NCBI GenBank assembly: GCA_963555815.3
Contig: CAUVWX020000001.1
Coordinates: 1,152,001-1,216,000, forward strand
From: a bacterium
GTDB lineage: Bacteria; UBA8248; JACPRG01; G963555815
DNA length: 64,000 nucleotides
Direction: 5' to 3'
This document shows, one piece after another, positions 9,981 to 18,297 of this stretch. The translations under genes and the position numbers were made by a program. The notes below the pieces were generated by a model. That model saw only the letters and a program-made list of their open reading frames with translations, searched no databases and had not been told where the DNA came from. Numbering within the stretch: position 1 is the first letter of the stretch; every line of letters starts with the position of its first letter.

Positions 9981-10010
9981 TTGACAGCCAATTGAGGAAC
10001 GGGGTATCTT
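9981..10010 (+). promoter_or_regulatory. sigma70-type promoter of second ASPIC/UnbV gene
   Basis: TTGACA (9981-86), 18 nt spacer, TATCTT (10005-10), with an A-tract upstream. Same layout as 6850-6879. Confidence 0.6.
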
Positions 10011-10436
10011 GGATAGCAATCAGGTTAACATCTTTAGGGGAGCAGCCCAGAAAGCGTGGGCGCGGGTGTTTCGGAACAGCGGATGTGACGTCCGGTATTG
10101 GTTTTTGGACCCCTAAAAGAGATGCCTTAACAGCCAGGAGTAGGGGAAAGGCGCTCTCATTGACGTACCCGCCCCGATGGGCTGGGCCCGGGGTGTGATT
10201 CCATGTTTTGTTAGGAAGTAAAGAGGACGGAGGCAGTCGTTGACCTCCGTTGTATCCGCGGTTAACACTTTCAAAGGGAGGGGATGAGATATGTAACACA
10301 AGGCACCAAAGGCTGTAACAGGAGGGAGGCAGACGCCACCTTTCTGGGGTTCCAAAGGTAGTTATCAAATATTTGGTAAGTACCTGAGACACCCGTAGAC
10401 ATGCGAAGTCATATGACATCTATGGGAGGAAAGTTC

Positions 10437-12776
10437 ATGGGAAAGCCTAGGAGGTGTCGCGGGGTGATTTCAATCCTCGCGGCTATCGGAGTTGCGGGAT
10501 TCGTCTTCGGACATCTCGCGACGTCGGAAGCAGGCCATTCAGGAACAACCTCACGCGACAAGATCAAACCCTTCGTTAACGCCAAATCCGCAATCGGCAA
10601 CCACTACAACACAACCTGGATGATGGAGACGATGGGTGCCGGCGTCTGCGCCGTTGACATAAACAACGACGGCTGGGACGACATCATCATCACGAACGAC
10701 AACCACTCCCAGTCGATAACGAAATTCTTCCGCGAGTGGACCGACTTCAAAACCGCGTTCTACCTGAACCGTGGCGACAAGGACGGGGACGGTATTCCTG
10801 AGTTTGAAGAGGTCTCGGAGAAGGCCGGAATCGCTGGAATTGGATCTAAGGACATCGGATGCTCCGTTGGCGACTATGACAACGACGGCGACCTCGACCT
10901 TTACATCACCGCTGGTGTGAGGGGGATGGGTGTCGTTGGAACTGACGGTGTCCGTATCGCCACCGTCACGACCATCGCCAAGGGATACAAGGGCTCGACC
11001 CGCATCCAGGGTCCCTTCCCTCCGGATGTCTTTGTTTCCTACAAGCTCGACGGACGCCTTGAGTGCGAGGCTGGGAACAAGGAAGAAGGCGGAAGGTCCC
11101 ACCTTTACAGAAACGACGGCAATGACTCAAATGGCATTCCGAAGTTTACCGATGTTGCGGAGCAGGCGGGGGTACTGAACTGCCGTCAGGGCAGCACCTC
11201 GACCTTCGTCGACATCGACCTGGATGGCGACCTGGACCTTTTCGTCGGCAACTGGGTGGACTCGGACTGGATGGCGTTTAACGAGGAAGAGTTCTTTAAC
11301 GCCTACCTGAACCAGCTCTTTGAGAACAACGGCGATGGCACCTTCACCAACATCACCGCGATCGCCGGTGACACCGACCGCAAGGGGTACACCTTCAAGT
11401 TTAACGGCGAGAGGGTTCCCATCTTTAACCCCGAGCTGAGAGACGCGAAGGGGCGGACGGTGGGTGAGGATGGTCACATCACCCACGTCGTGTCCTTCTA
11501 CGACTACGACAACGACCGCTACCCTGACCTGTTTGCCGTTGCGGACTCTCCGGGCGGAACGATCTCTATTTTCCACAACAACGGTGACAACACCTTTACC
11601 GACGTGACGGAAGCGGCGGGAACGGACCTTGCCGGTGAGTGGATGGGGATCGCCTGGGGTGACATCGACAACGACGGCGACCTTGACATGGAAAACTCGA
11701 ACTTCGGGTCCGACTGGTACTCGAAGATCAAGAACACTGGTGAGCTGTTCATGCTGGAGTCCTCGGACTTCAACCGGTGGGGCAAGGGCAAGACCTCCAA
11801 CGCGGTCTGGCGGTTCAACGGCGTGAAGGAAGTCTTCATGCCGGAGACCAAGTCCCCCCACCAGAAGGTCCTGGCTCCGGACATCAGCGACATTACCCGA
11901 GCCATTCACATCGAGTGGGGTGCAATGCCCCCGAACACGGTGGACCACAATAACGTCTACAAGCTTCAGTCCTACATTCCTCTGGGATGGGAGAACACGG
12001 AGTTTTCCTTCGGGAACGTGTTCTGGGACTTCGACAACGATGGTCACATCGATGCGTACTTGGTCGGTTCACTGGGACGTGGTTGTGGCGACCACAAGTG
12101 CTCGGCTGAGACTGGCGAGCTGCCACCTGGCGCTGAGCAGTTCAAGCTGCGAGGCCCCGGACGTCTTCTCCAGAACCTGGGTCGAGAGGGTATGTACTGG
12201 CGTGAAGTGACCCTCGAGGCTCAGATGTTCAACATCGAGGACGTCAACTACAAGACCGGTGAGCGCCTGGCCATCGACTACCACGAAGAAGGCCGGGGTA
12301 TTGCCAAGGGTGACTTCAACAACGACGGTTACCCTGACCTCGTGGTCGTCAACGCCGGTGGTCCGGCCGATAACCGCCCAGGGACTCCGGTGGAGCCTTG
12401 GGGACTGACGGAGTTCCGTGGTGGCCCGACCCAGCTGTTCATGAACCCTGGCTACGACAACCAGTGGCTCAAGTTTAAGCTGATAGGCACGAAGACCAAC
12501 CGTTCCGCCATCGGCGCGGTTGTGCGCGTGTGGACCCCCAGCGGCAACTTGACGGTGGAGCAGGTGAACTCTGGGATGAGTTACCTCTCGAACCACTCGC
12601 TGCATCTCCTGTTCGGCCTAGGCCAGGACGGCGAAGCGAGCAAGGTCGAGGTTTCCTGGCCGTCCGGTCAGGTGGACACCTTCACGGATGTGAAGGCGAA
12701 CCAGTTCCTCAAGATCACTGAGGGCGGTAAGATGGAGAAGATGGGGAAAGGCATGATGGGTAAGAGCCCAAATTAA
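10437..12776 (+). CDS. secreted CRTAC1/ASPIC-UnbV family FG-GAP beta-propeller protein (paralog 2)
   Basis: Colinear with paralog 1, sharing e.g. NRGDKDGDGIPEFEEVS, ISIFHNNGDNTFTDVTEA and RGPGRLLQNLG.EGMYWREVT. Signal peptide, ASPIC/UnbV C-terminal domain, GGGAGGA RBS. Confidence 0.88.
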   Translation: MGKPRRCRGVISILAAIGVAGFVFGHLATSEAGHSGTTSRDKIKPFVNAKSAIGNHYNTTWMMETMGAGVCAVDINNDGWDDIIITNDNHSQSITKFFREWTDFKTAFYLNRGDKDGDGIPEFEEVSEKAGIAGIGSKDIGCSVGDYDNDGDLDLYITAGVRGMGVVGTDGVRIATVTTIAKGYKGSTRIQGPFPPDVFVSYKLDGRLECEAGNKEEGGRSHLYRNDGNDSNGIPKFTDVAEQAGVLNCRQGSTSTFVDIDLDGDLDLFVGNWVDSDWMAFNEEEFFNAYLNQLFENNGDGTFTNITAIAGDTDRKGYTFKFNGERVPIFNPELRDAKGRTVGEDGHITHVVSFYDYDNDRYPDLFAVADSPGGTISIFHNNGDNTFTDVTEAAGTDLAGEWMGIAWGDIDNDGDLDMENSNFGSDWYSKIKNTGELFMLESSDFNRWGKGKTSNAVWRFNGVKEVFMPETKSPHQKVLAPDISDITRAIHIEWGAMPPNTVDHNNVYKLQSYIPLGWENTEFSFGNVFWDFDNDGHIDAYLVGSLGRGCGDHKCSAETGELPPGAEQFKLRGPGRLLQNLGREGMYWREVTLEAQMFNIEDVNYKTGERLAIDYHEEGRGIAKGDFNNDGYPDLVVVNAGGPADNRPGTPVEPWGLTEFRGGPTQLFMNPGYDNQWLKFKLIGTKTNRSAIGAVVRVWTPSGNLTVEQVNSGMSYLSNHSLHLLFGLGQDGEASKVEVSWPSGQVDTFTDVKANQFLKITEGGKMEKMGKGMMGKSPN

Positions 12777-12822
12777 TGGGCAGGAGCCTGTGAGGAACTA
12801 AGCTTTTCCTCAAGAGAAGCAC

Positions 12823-12862
12823 AGCAGAGACCCCGCCGATCTTCGGCGGGGTCTCTGCTTTT
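12823..12862 (+). terminator. rho-independent terminator
   Basis: Perfect 17-bp stem AGCAGAGACCCCGCCGA-TCT-TCGGCGGGGTCTCTGCT followed by TTT. Confidence 0.9.
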
Positions 12863-12941
12863 ATGTGGTAAAATGGGCATCCCTCACGGGGCGCGCTGAA
12901 GGGGCCTTGTGGGGAAGCGGTCAGTAAGAGGGAAGAGTTTG

Positions 12942-13220
12942 ATGGCGTATATCATCACCGAGCCGTGTATCGAAGAGAAGGACAAGACCTGCGTTGAAGT
13001 GTGTCCGGTCGACTGCATTTACGAGGGGCCGGAGATGCTCTATATCCACCCGGAGGACTGTATCGACTGTGCCGCCTGCGAGTCGGTCTGCCCGGTGACG
13101 GCGATCTTTGAGGAAGACGAGGTCCCTGAAGAGTGGAAGAACTACGTTGAAATCAACAAGCAGTTCTTTGTGGACCACCCCGACGTGAAGCCCGCCACCA
13201 AGAAGGGCTATGTGGCTTGA
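12942..13220 (+). CDS. 7Fe-type ([3Fe-4S]+[4Fe-4S]) ferredoxin, FdxA-like
   Basis: [24 protein letters not shown]...[29 protein letters not shown]. Confidence 0.93.
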   Translation: MAYIITEPCIEEKDKTCVEVCPVDCIYEGPEMLYIHPEDCIDCAACESVCPVTAIFEEDEVPEEWKNYVEINKQFFVDHPDVKPATKKGYVA

Positions 13221-14056
13221 CCCCTGAGGGCGAGAAACTCCGCGTCCGCATCTCATCAGACGCCACGCTTATCTACCCGATAGTTTCGGGCACCTTTCCA
13301 AACATCGCCCACATCACGGTTCAGGTGTCAGACGAGAAGGGGCCGGTCCCCGGGGCCCGAATTGAGTGGGCTGCCACCGCCGGCTATCTCCCGCAAAATT
13401 TTTCCCGAAGGACCGACGCGGAAGGCCGAGGGTTCACCTCCTTTTATTCTGGGGAACCCGTGGAGGCCGACATCATCGCTCACGTCACAAAACCGGGTTG
13501 CCAGGAGACTTCGGCCCAGCTCACCCTGAGTGTCCAGCGGGGCAGGGTCCGCGTGATCGTGAAGAACACGCCCCAGATAGGGGACATCTACCTGAACGGA
13601 GAGAAGAAGGGCACAGGGGGCGTCGCGTATGATGTCGATGAGCCGGGTGTTTACGCCATCAGCTGGGGAGATGTGAAAGGGTACATTAAACCTGTGGCGG
13701 GAGACCTGCCCGTAAACCCGCATTACAGTGCAGAACCCCTTCAGATTGATGCCACCTACCGGGAGCAGGCGAAGCCGGGGGACCATGTGAGACTGACAGT
13801 TTTTGCAATGGCCCTCTTCGACGAAGCGACTGGCATCCCGAACCCGCTTCCAAAGGCCACTGTGGCTCTCGGCGACGGGCGGGTGATGACATCTGACCGG
13901 TCAGGTCGGGTGGTGTCCAATCTGAAAGCCAACGCCGGCCCTCTGAGCATCCAGGTGACCCACGAAGAGTTGTTGGGGAAGAAGGGATTGGCGACGGTCG
14001 AGATTGGAAAGGCCGATCAGTTTGCGGTGGTGAACCTGGGCAGGATTGATAGATAA
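13217..14056 (+). CDS. hypothetical beta-sandwich protein (Big_1/Ig-like + PEGA-like + carboxypeptidase-regulatory-like modules)
   Basis: [24 protein letters not shown]...[25 protein letters not shown]....TSDRSG. TTGA overlap with the ferredoxin stop codon. Confidence 0.6.
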   Translation: MTPEGEKLRVRISSDATLIYPIVSGTFPNIAHITVQVSDEKGPVPGARIEWAATAGYLPQNFSRRTDAEGRGFTSFYSGEPVEADIIAHVTKPGCQETSAQLTLSVQRGRVRVIVKNTPQIGDIYLNGEKKGTGGVAYDVDEPGVYAISWGDVKGYIKPVAGDLPVNPHYSAEPLQIDATYREQAKPGDHVRLTVFAMALFDEATGIPNPLPKATVALGDGRVMTSDRSGRVVSNLKANAGPLSIQVTHEELLGKKGLATVEIGKADQFAVVNLGRIDR

Positions 14057-14058
14057 TT

Positions 14059-14370
14059 TTAGGTCTTCGAGTCCATCTCCTTGGCTCTGTTCTTCGCGTA
14101 CTCCACGCTTGTTCCCTGCATAAATCTCCTGGCGTCATCCCAGTCCTCGAGAGAGAGGGCCTCGAGATAGACCATCATCCGAATCGCACTGACCGTCTCC
14201 TCGTCGAGCCCTAGCACCTTCGCCATCTCTCGGTTGCTTTTGTGGGGATGCTCAATCACCACGTCTTGAGAGAAGCGGGGGTCGCCTCGGTGAACCTGAT
14301 GCGCACCGCTGTGGGCGTAGATGTAATCCTTATGCTTCTCGTAGAGCGCTTTGGAGAATTTAACCGGCAC
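14059..14370 (-). CDS. small hypothetical protein with HTH-like segment
   Basis: SNREMAKVLGLDEETVSAIR resembles an HTH. Overlaps the upstream Fe-S gene by 11 nt. Confidence 0.65.
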   Translation of the reverse strand: MPVKFSKALYEKHKDYIYAHSGAHQVHRGDPRFSQDVVIEHPHKSNREMAKVLGLDEETVSAIRMMVYLEALSLEDWDDARRFMQGTSVEYAKNRAKEMDSKT

Positions 14371-15268
14371 TTTGACCGCCTTCGTCCGTCGGCTGATCCT
14401 TGGGGTCGATCTTCGGCTTCATCTTATAGTTGATATCCCCAACGGGGCAGACCTTTGTGCATTCAAAGCAGGAGCCCAAGAATTGTGTTCCACCCGGCCC
14501 TAACGCCTCGATCAGGTGGAAGAACTCATCCGAATACGTCATTTGTGTCCGCTTGAAAGGATCGGGTTCGCTGATGACGGCGTCCATGAACTTCATGGTG
14601 TGCTCGGAGCCCATAAAGCGCGACCTGCTCGAGCAGCGGAGCTGATTGAAAGAGGCCCACTTCACCCGTCCCTTCTCGATGGCCCCGTCCAGACAGCCGC
14701 CCTGGCTTGAAGGGCAGACATCCAGGCACAGCGTGCTCTTCCTCTCCATCCAGAGTTTGGTGCACTGGGGGGCTGGGCAGGGGTTGACTCGCAACTTCCC
14801 ATCGGGCTGAAGAGGCATTGTGGTTAAGGTGGCCGTAAACTCAATCTTGCAGCCGTACCTCGGATGGAGGAGGAGATTGTTGATGCCTCGCGCGCCGAGA
14901 CCCGCCTCTTCCGCCAACAGCTCCATGCTCATCCACGGTTGCAGGCCGTCCTTGTACTCCATCGGCACCATCACCGCGTAATAGCCGCATTCCTTCTCAA
15001 TAAAATCTTCGACTACCTGAGCCGCGGCCAGACGCTTCCCCATCCGGTAGGCCTTGGAGACCATGGGGATTCGGGCGTCTGCGGCGTGGAGGGCCCCGTA
15101 GGTCGCGCCGTAGCCTGCAAGGACCACGATGCTCTTCGTCCCGGGAAGAATTTCGCCCGTTTGATGGCCGGGAGGAGTCCTCGCGTTGACGCTTTCTGGA
15201 GAGGCGATGCCGGCGTCCAACGCCCCCGCCTTTTTGGCGGCATCTTTTATTTGTTTCTCAATGGTCAT
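14360..15268 (-). CDS. QueG/reductive-dehalogenase-superfamily 2x[4Fe-4S] protein (putatively cobalamin-binding)
   Basis: GA.DAGIA...LPGTKSIVVL; LAEEAGLG.RG.NNLLLHPRYG..I....TLT..PL.PD; Cys sets Cx4C-x11-Cx3CP and C...Cx2Cx3CP. Confidence 0.78.
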   Translation of the reverse strand: MTIEKQIKDAAKKAGALDAGIASPESVNARTPPGHQTGEILPGTKSIVVLAGYGATYGALHAADARIPMVSKAYRMGKRLAAAQVVEDFIEKECGYYAVMVPMEYKDGLQPWMSMELLAEEAGLGARGINNLLLHPRYGCKIEFTATLTTMPLQPDGKLRVNPCPAPQCTKLWMERKSTLCLDVCPSSQGGCLDGAIEKGRVKWASFNQLRCSSRSRFMGSEHTMKFMDAVISEPDPFKRTQMTYSDEFFHLIEALGPGGTQFLGSCFECTKVCPVGDINYKMKPKIDPKDQPTDEGGQSAG

Positions 15269-15425
15269 GTGAAGGGCCCTTGTGATTTCATCCTTGGGCA
15301 AAAAGCCAAACTATCATATTCTCAATTATCCCACGCATTTCCAGCAGGTCAAGGTTTTGGCCCGCACAGCACAAAATTCCCAATGCGCGTTGTTTTCCTC
15401 TCTGGAGAACTTGCGGGGTGAGGAA

Positions 15426-16883
15426 ATGAAGAGAGAAATAAAGGAAGTCATCGGGGCGGCCCTCCACCGCCTGAAAAGCCGCGGGGCGGCCTACGGAGAG
15501 GTCCGCTATGTGACATCGCGCTGGGAGCGCTTCCTGGTTAAGAACGGGGTCCTTCAAACTGCATCTCAGGGCGAGGACGGGGGGTTCGGCTTGAGGGTCA
15601 TCCATCGGGGTGCCTGGGGCTTCTCTTCGACCCCAGGGGAGGAAGAAGAGGCTCTTGTTCGGGCGGCCGATCTGGCCCTCTCTGTGGCCGAGGCAGCCTC
15701 GCGCCTCAACCGGGAGCCCGTGACCCTTGCCGAGTGTTACCCCCACGTGGACACCTTTCAAGGGGTCTGCGCCGAAGACCCCTTTGCGGTCCCCCTTGGG
15801 GAGAAGATTGACCTTCTGGTGCGAGCCACCGAGGCTCTGAAAAGCCCTCAGACAGTCCAGGCGATGGGAGTTCTGACGAGTCTTCGGGTGGACAAAGTGT
15901 TCGCGACCACCGAAGGGGCCCACATCGAGCAGCGCTTTACAGAAACCGGAGGGGGGATCACCTGCACCGTGGTCGAGGGGGGCGAGGTTCAGTGCCGCTC
16001 CTTCCCGACGGGCCACGGAGGAGATTTCGCCCAGAGGGGCTATGAGTTCATTCGGGAGATGGGACTGGTGGAAGCGGCCCCCCGGGTCCGGGAGGAGGCC
16101 CTGGCGCTCCTAAAGGCTCCCCCTGTGCCGGGTGGGGAGTGGGACGTCATCCTCGAGGGAAGCCAGATGTGTCTTCAAGTTCATGAATCCTGCGGGCACC
16201 CAATCGAGCTCGATCGAGTTTACGGAGACGAGATAAGCCTCGCTGGGGGGAGCTTCCTGACGCCCGAGAAGCGCGGAAATTTTCGCTATGGGTCTCCTCT
16301 TGTGCACATTGTGGCCGACGCCACCATCCCCGGGGGGCTTGGGACCTTCGGTTACGACGATGAAGGGGTCCGGGCCACACGAACGCCCATCATCAAAGAG
16401 GGCCGCTTTGTGGATTATCTCACCTCCCGGGAGACCGCCGCCCGGCTGGGAGAGGCGAGCAATGGGTGCATGCGGGCTGAGAGCTGGAACCGCATCCCCC
16501 TCATCCGGATGGTCAACCTCAACCTGGAGCCCGGGGGAAAAGGGGCTCCGAGTTTGGAGGAGCTCATCGCCGACACCCGCCGGGGCCTCTACATTGTCAC
16601 CAATAAGAGCTGGAGCATTGACGACCTTCGCCTTCACTTCCAGTTCGGCTGCGAGGCGGCCTGGGAGATCCGAGACGGACGCTTGGGGATCCTTTATAAG
16701 AATCCTGTCTACTCAGGGATCACGCCCAGGTTCTGGGGCAGCTTGGACGCCGTCTGCGGGATCGAGGAGTGGAGGATGTGGGGGCTCCCGAACTGCGGAA
16801 AGGGAATCCCCATGCAGACCGCCCACGTGGGGCACGGCGCCGCCCCCGCCCGGTTCCGGGGCGTGACGGTGCGGGGGGCCTGA
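15426..16883 (+). CDS. tldD: TldD-family metalloprotease
   Basis: HESCGHPIELD, GYDDEGV, PLIRMVNL, CGKG.PMQ...GHGA. Confidence 0.9.
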   Translation: MKREIKEVIGAALHRLKSRGAAYGEVRYVTSRWERFLVKNGVLQTASQGEDGGFGLRVIHRGAWGFSSTPGEEEEALVRAADLALSVAEAASRLNREPVTLAECYPHVDTFQGVCAEDPFAVPLGEKIDLLVRATEALKSPQTVQAMGVLTSLRVDKVFATTEGAHIEQRFTETGGGITCTVVEGGEVQCRSFPTGHGGDFAQRGYEFIREMGLVEAAPRVREEALALLKAPPVPGGEWDVILEGSQMCLQVHESCGHPIELDRVYGDEISLAGGSFLTPEKRGNFRYGSPLVHIVADATIPGGLGTFGYDDEGVRATRTPIIKEGRFVDYLTSRETAARLGEASNGCMRAESWNRIPLIRMVNLNLEPGGKGAPSLEELIADTRRGLYIVTNKSWSIDDLRLHFQFGCEAAWEIRDGRLGILYKNPVYSGITPRFWGSLDAVCGIEEWRMWGLPNCGKGIPMQTAHVGHGAAPARFRGVTVRGA

Positions 16884-18268
16884 TGCTGGGAGCCGACCGG
16901 GCCTTGACGTTGCTCGAGGGGATTTTGAAGGCGGCGCCCTCCGCGGTTCGCGTGGAGGTGACCCTTCGGGCCCAGGATGGAGGCTACACCCGGTTCGCCC
17001 GCTCCCGCGTCCACCAGAGTGCGGAGGAGTCGGACGCCCGGGTGAGTCTGCGGGTGGGTCTCGGCGAGCAGGTGGGGATCGCCTCGACAAACCGGTTGGA
17101 CAAATCCTCTCTGAAGGTTTGCATGGAGGGAGCCCTTCGGGCCGCTGAGGCGAGCCCTCCGGTCCTGGCCCTAGGCCCTCAGGCGCCTCCCCGCCCCATT
17201 CCCCCCCTGGAGCTTTTTGACGAGGAGACGGCCGCCTGGGGACCCCTGGAGCGGGTCGAAACCCTTCGCGGGATCTTCGAGACGAAAAACGCGGGACCGG
17301 GTGGGGCAGGGGCCACATTTGCAGGTGCCATCTCGACGGGGAAGGAAGAGCAGGTGACCGTCAACTCGGCAGGGTTGAGGGCATATCTGGCGGGAACCTA
17401 TGCCGAGGTGAGCCTCATCGCAGAGGGGGAGGCCGAAGGAGACTATACCCCTTCAGGATACGCAAGCGCCGCCTCCCGCAAGGTGGGGCATCTTGACCTT
17501 CTGGGTCTCGGAGAGCGGGCCTTGAAAAAATGCCGACTGGCCGTTCATCCCAAAGCCCTCCCTGCCGGGGTTTACCCCGTGCTCCTTGAGCCCCCGGCCC
17601 TGGCCGAGATCCTCCAATGGCTTTGCTACATCGGTCTGGGGGCCCAGGCGCATCTTGACGGGCGCGGCTTTATGAGCGGGAGGATAGGAGAGGAGATCAC
17701 GGGCACTTCCTTTTCCCTCTGGGACGACGGAGGAGACCCTTCGGGTTTTTCCATCCCCTTTGACTTTGAGGGGAACCCCAAATGCCGGGTCTCCCTCATC
17801 GAGAAGGGGGTAGCGCGGGGAGTCGCCATGGACTCTGCCCAGGCCAAAAGGGCGGGGGGGGCCTCGACGGGCCACGCCGTCTCCTTTGACCTATCGGCCG
17901 AATCCTCCCCCAGAAATCTTTTTGTCGCCGAAGGCGAGGCTTCTTTTGAGGATCTTCCGACCACGTTGGACCGGGGCCTCTGGGTGAGCCGGTTTCATTA
18001 CGTGAACGGTTACCTTCACCCCCCGACCTGTCTCATGACGGGCATGACCCGGGACGGGACCTTCTGGGTCGAGGACGGTAAGGTGCGTCACGCTGTCCAT
18101 AACCTTCGCTTTACCCAGGGGATGTTGGAGGCCTTCCGAGGGATTCGAGCCATCAGCAAAGAGCGCTGGTGCTTGGGATCGAGGGGGGAGTGGGGACCCT
18201 ATTGTGTGGCCCCTGCGGTGGTCCTCGACGCCTTTTGCTTCACTGGCGGTACCCCCTCCTCGTCATGA
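16883..18268 (+). CDS. pmbA: TldE/PmbA-family protein
   Basis: TRFARS.VHQ, G.YPVLLEPPA, PFDFEG, STGHA, TGMTRDGTF. TGATG coupling to tldD. Confidence 0.85.
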   Translation: MLGADRALTLLEGILKAAPSAVRVEVTLRAQDGGYTRFARSRVHQSAEESDARVSLRVGLGEQVGIASTNRLDKSSLKVCMEGALRAAEASPPVLALGPQAPPRPIPPLELFDEETAAWGPLERVETLRGIFETKNAGPGGAGATFAGAISTGKEEQVTVNSAGLRAYLAGTYAEVSLIAEGEAEGDYTPSGYASAASRKVGHLDLLGLGERALKKCRLAVHPKALPAGVYPVLLEPPALAEILQWLCYIGLGAQAHLDGRGFMSGRIGEEITGTSFSLWDDGGDPSGFSIPFDFEGNPKCRVSLIEKGVARGVAMDSAQAKRAGGASTGHAVSFDLSAESSPRNLFVAEGEASFEDLPTTLDRGLWVSRFHYVNGYLHPPTCLMTGMTRDGTFWVEDGKVRHAVHNLRFTQGMLEAFRGIRAISKERWCLGSRGEWGPYCVAPAVVLDAFCFTGGTPSSS

Positions 18269-18297
18269 GGGGATGCGCACGGGATGGGGAGGGTGAA

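Noticed and set aside
9415..10419. ORFs of 80-206 aa in the inter-paralog region
   Set aside because: They have no recognisable motifs, overlap on both strands and cross the predicted promoter and leader.
7067..12776. Enediyne cluster (UnbV) or hydrazine-synthase-like heme propellers
   Set aside because: No PKS, thioesterase or UnbL/UnbU-like genes are present, and neither protein has a CxxCH motif.
14360..15268. Respiratory reductive dehalogenase (rdhAB)
   Set aside because: There is no Tat signal, the protein is short, and the neighbouring small protein has no TM helices.
3701..18268. RiPP (azole/microcin B17-like) cluster from the SagB-type oxidase plus TldD/TldE
   Set aside because: No YcaO, precursor peptide or transporter is present. 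The genes are about 10 kb apart in different operons, and TldD/E are widespread housekeeping proteases.
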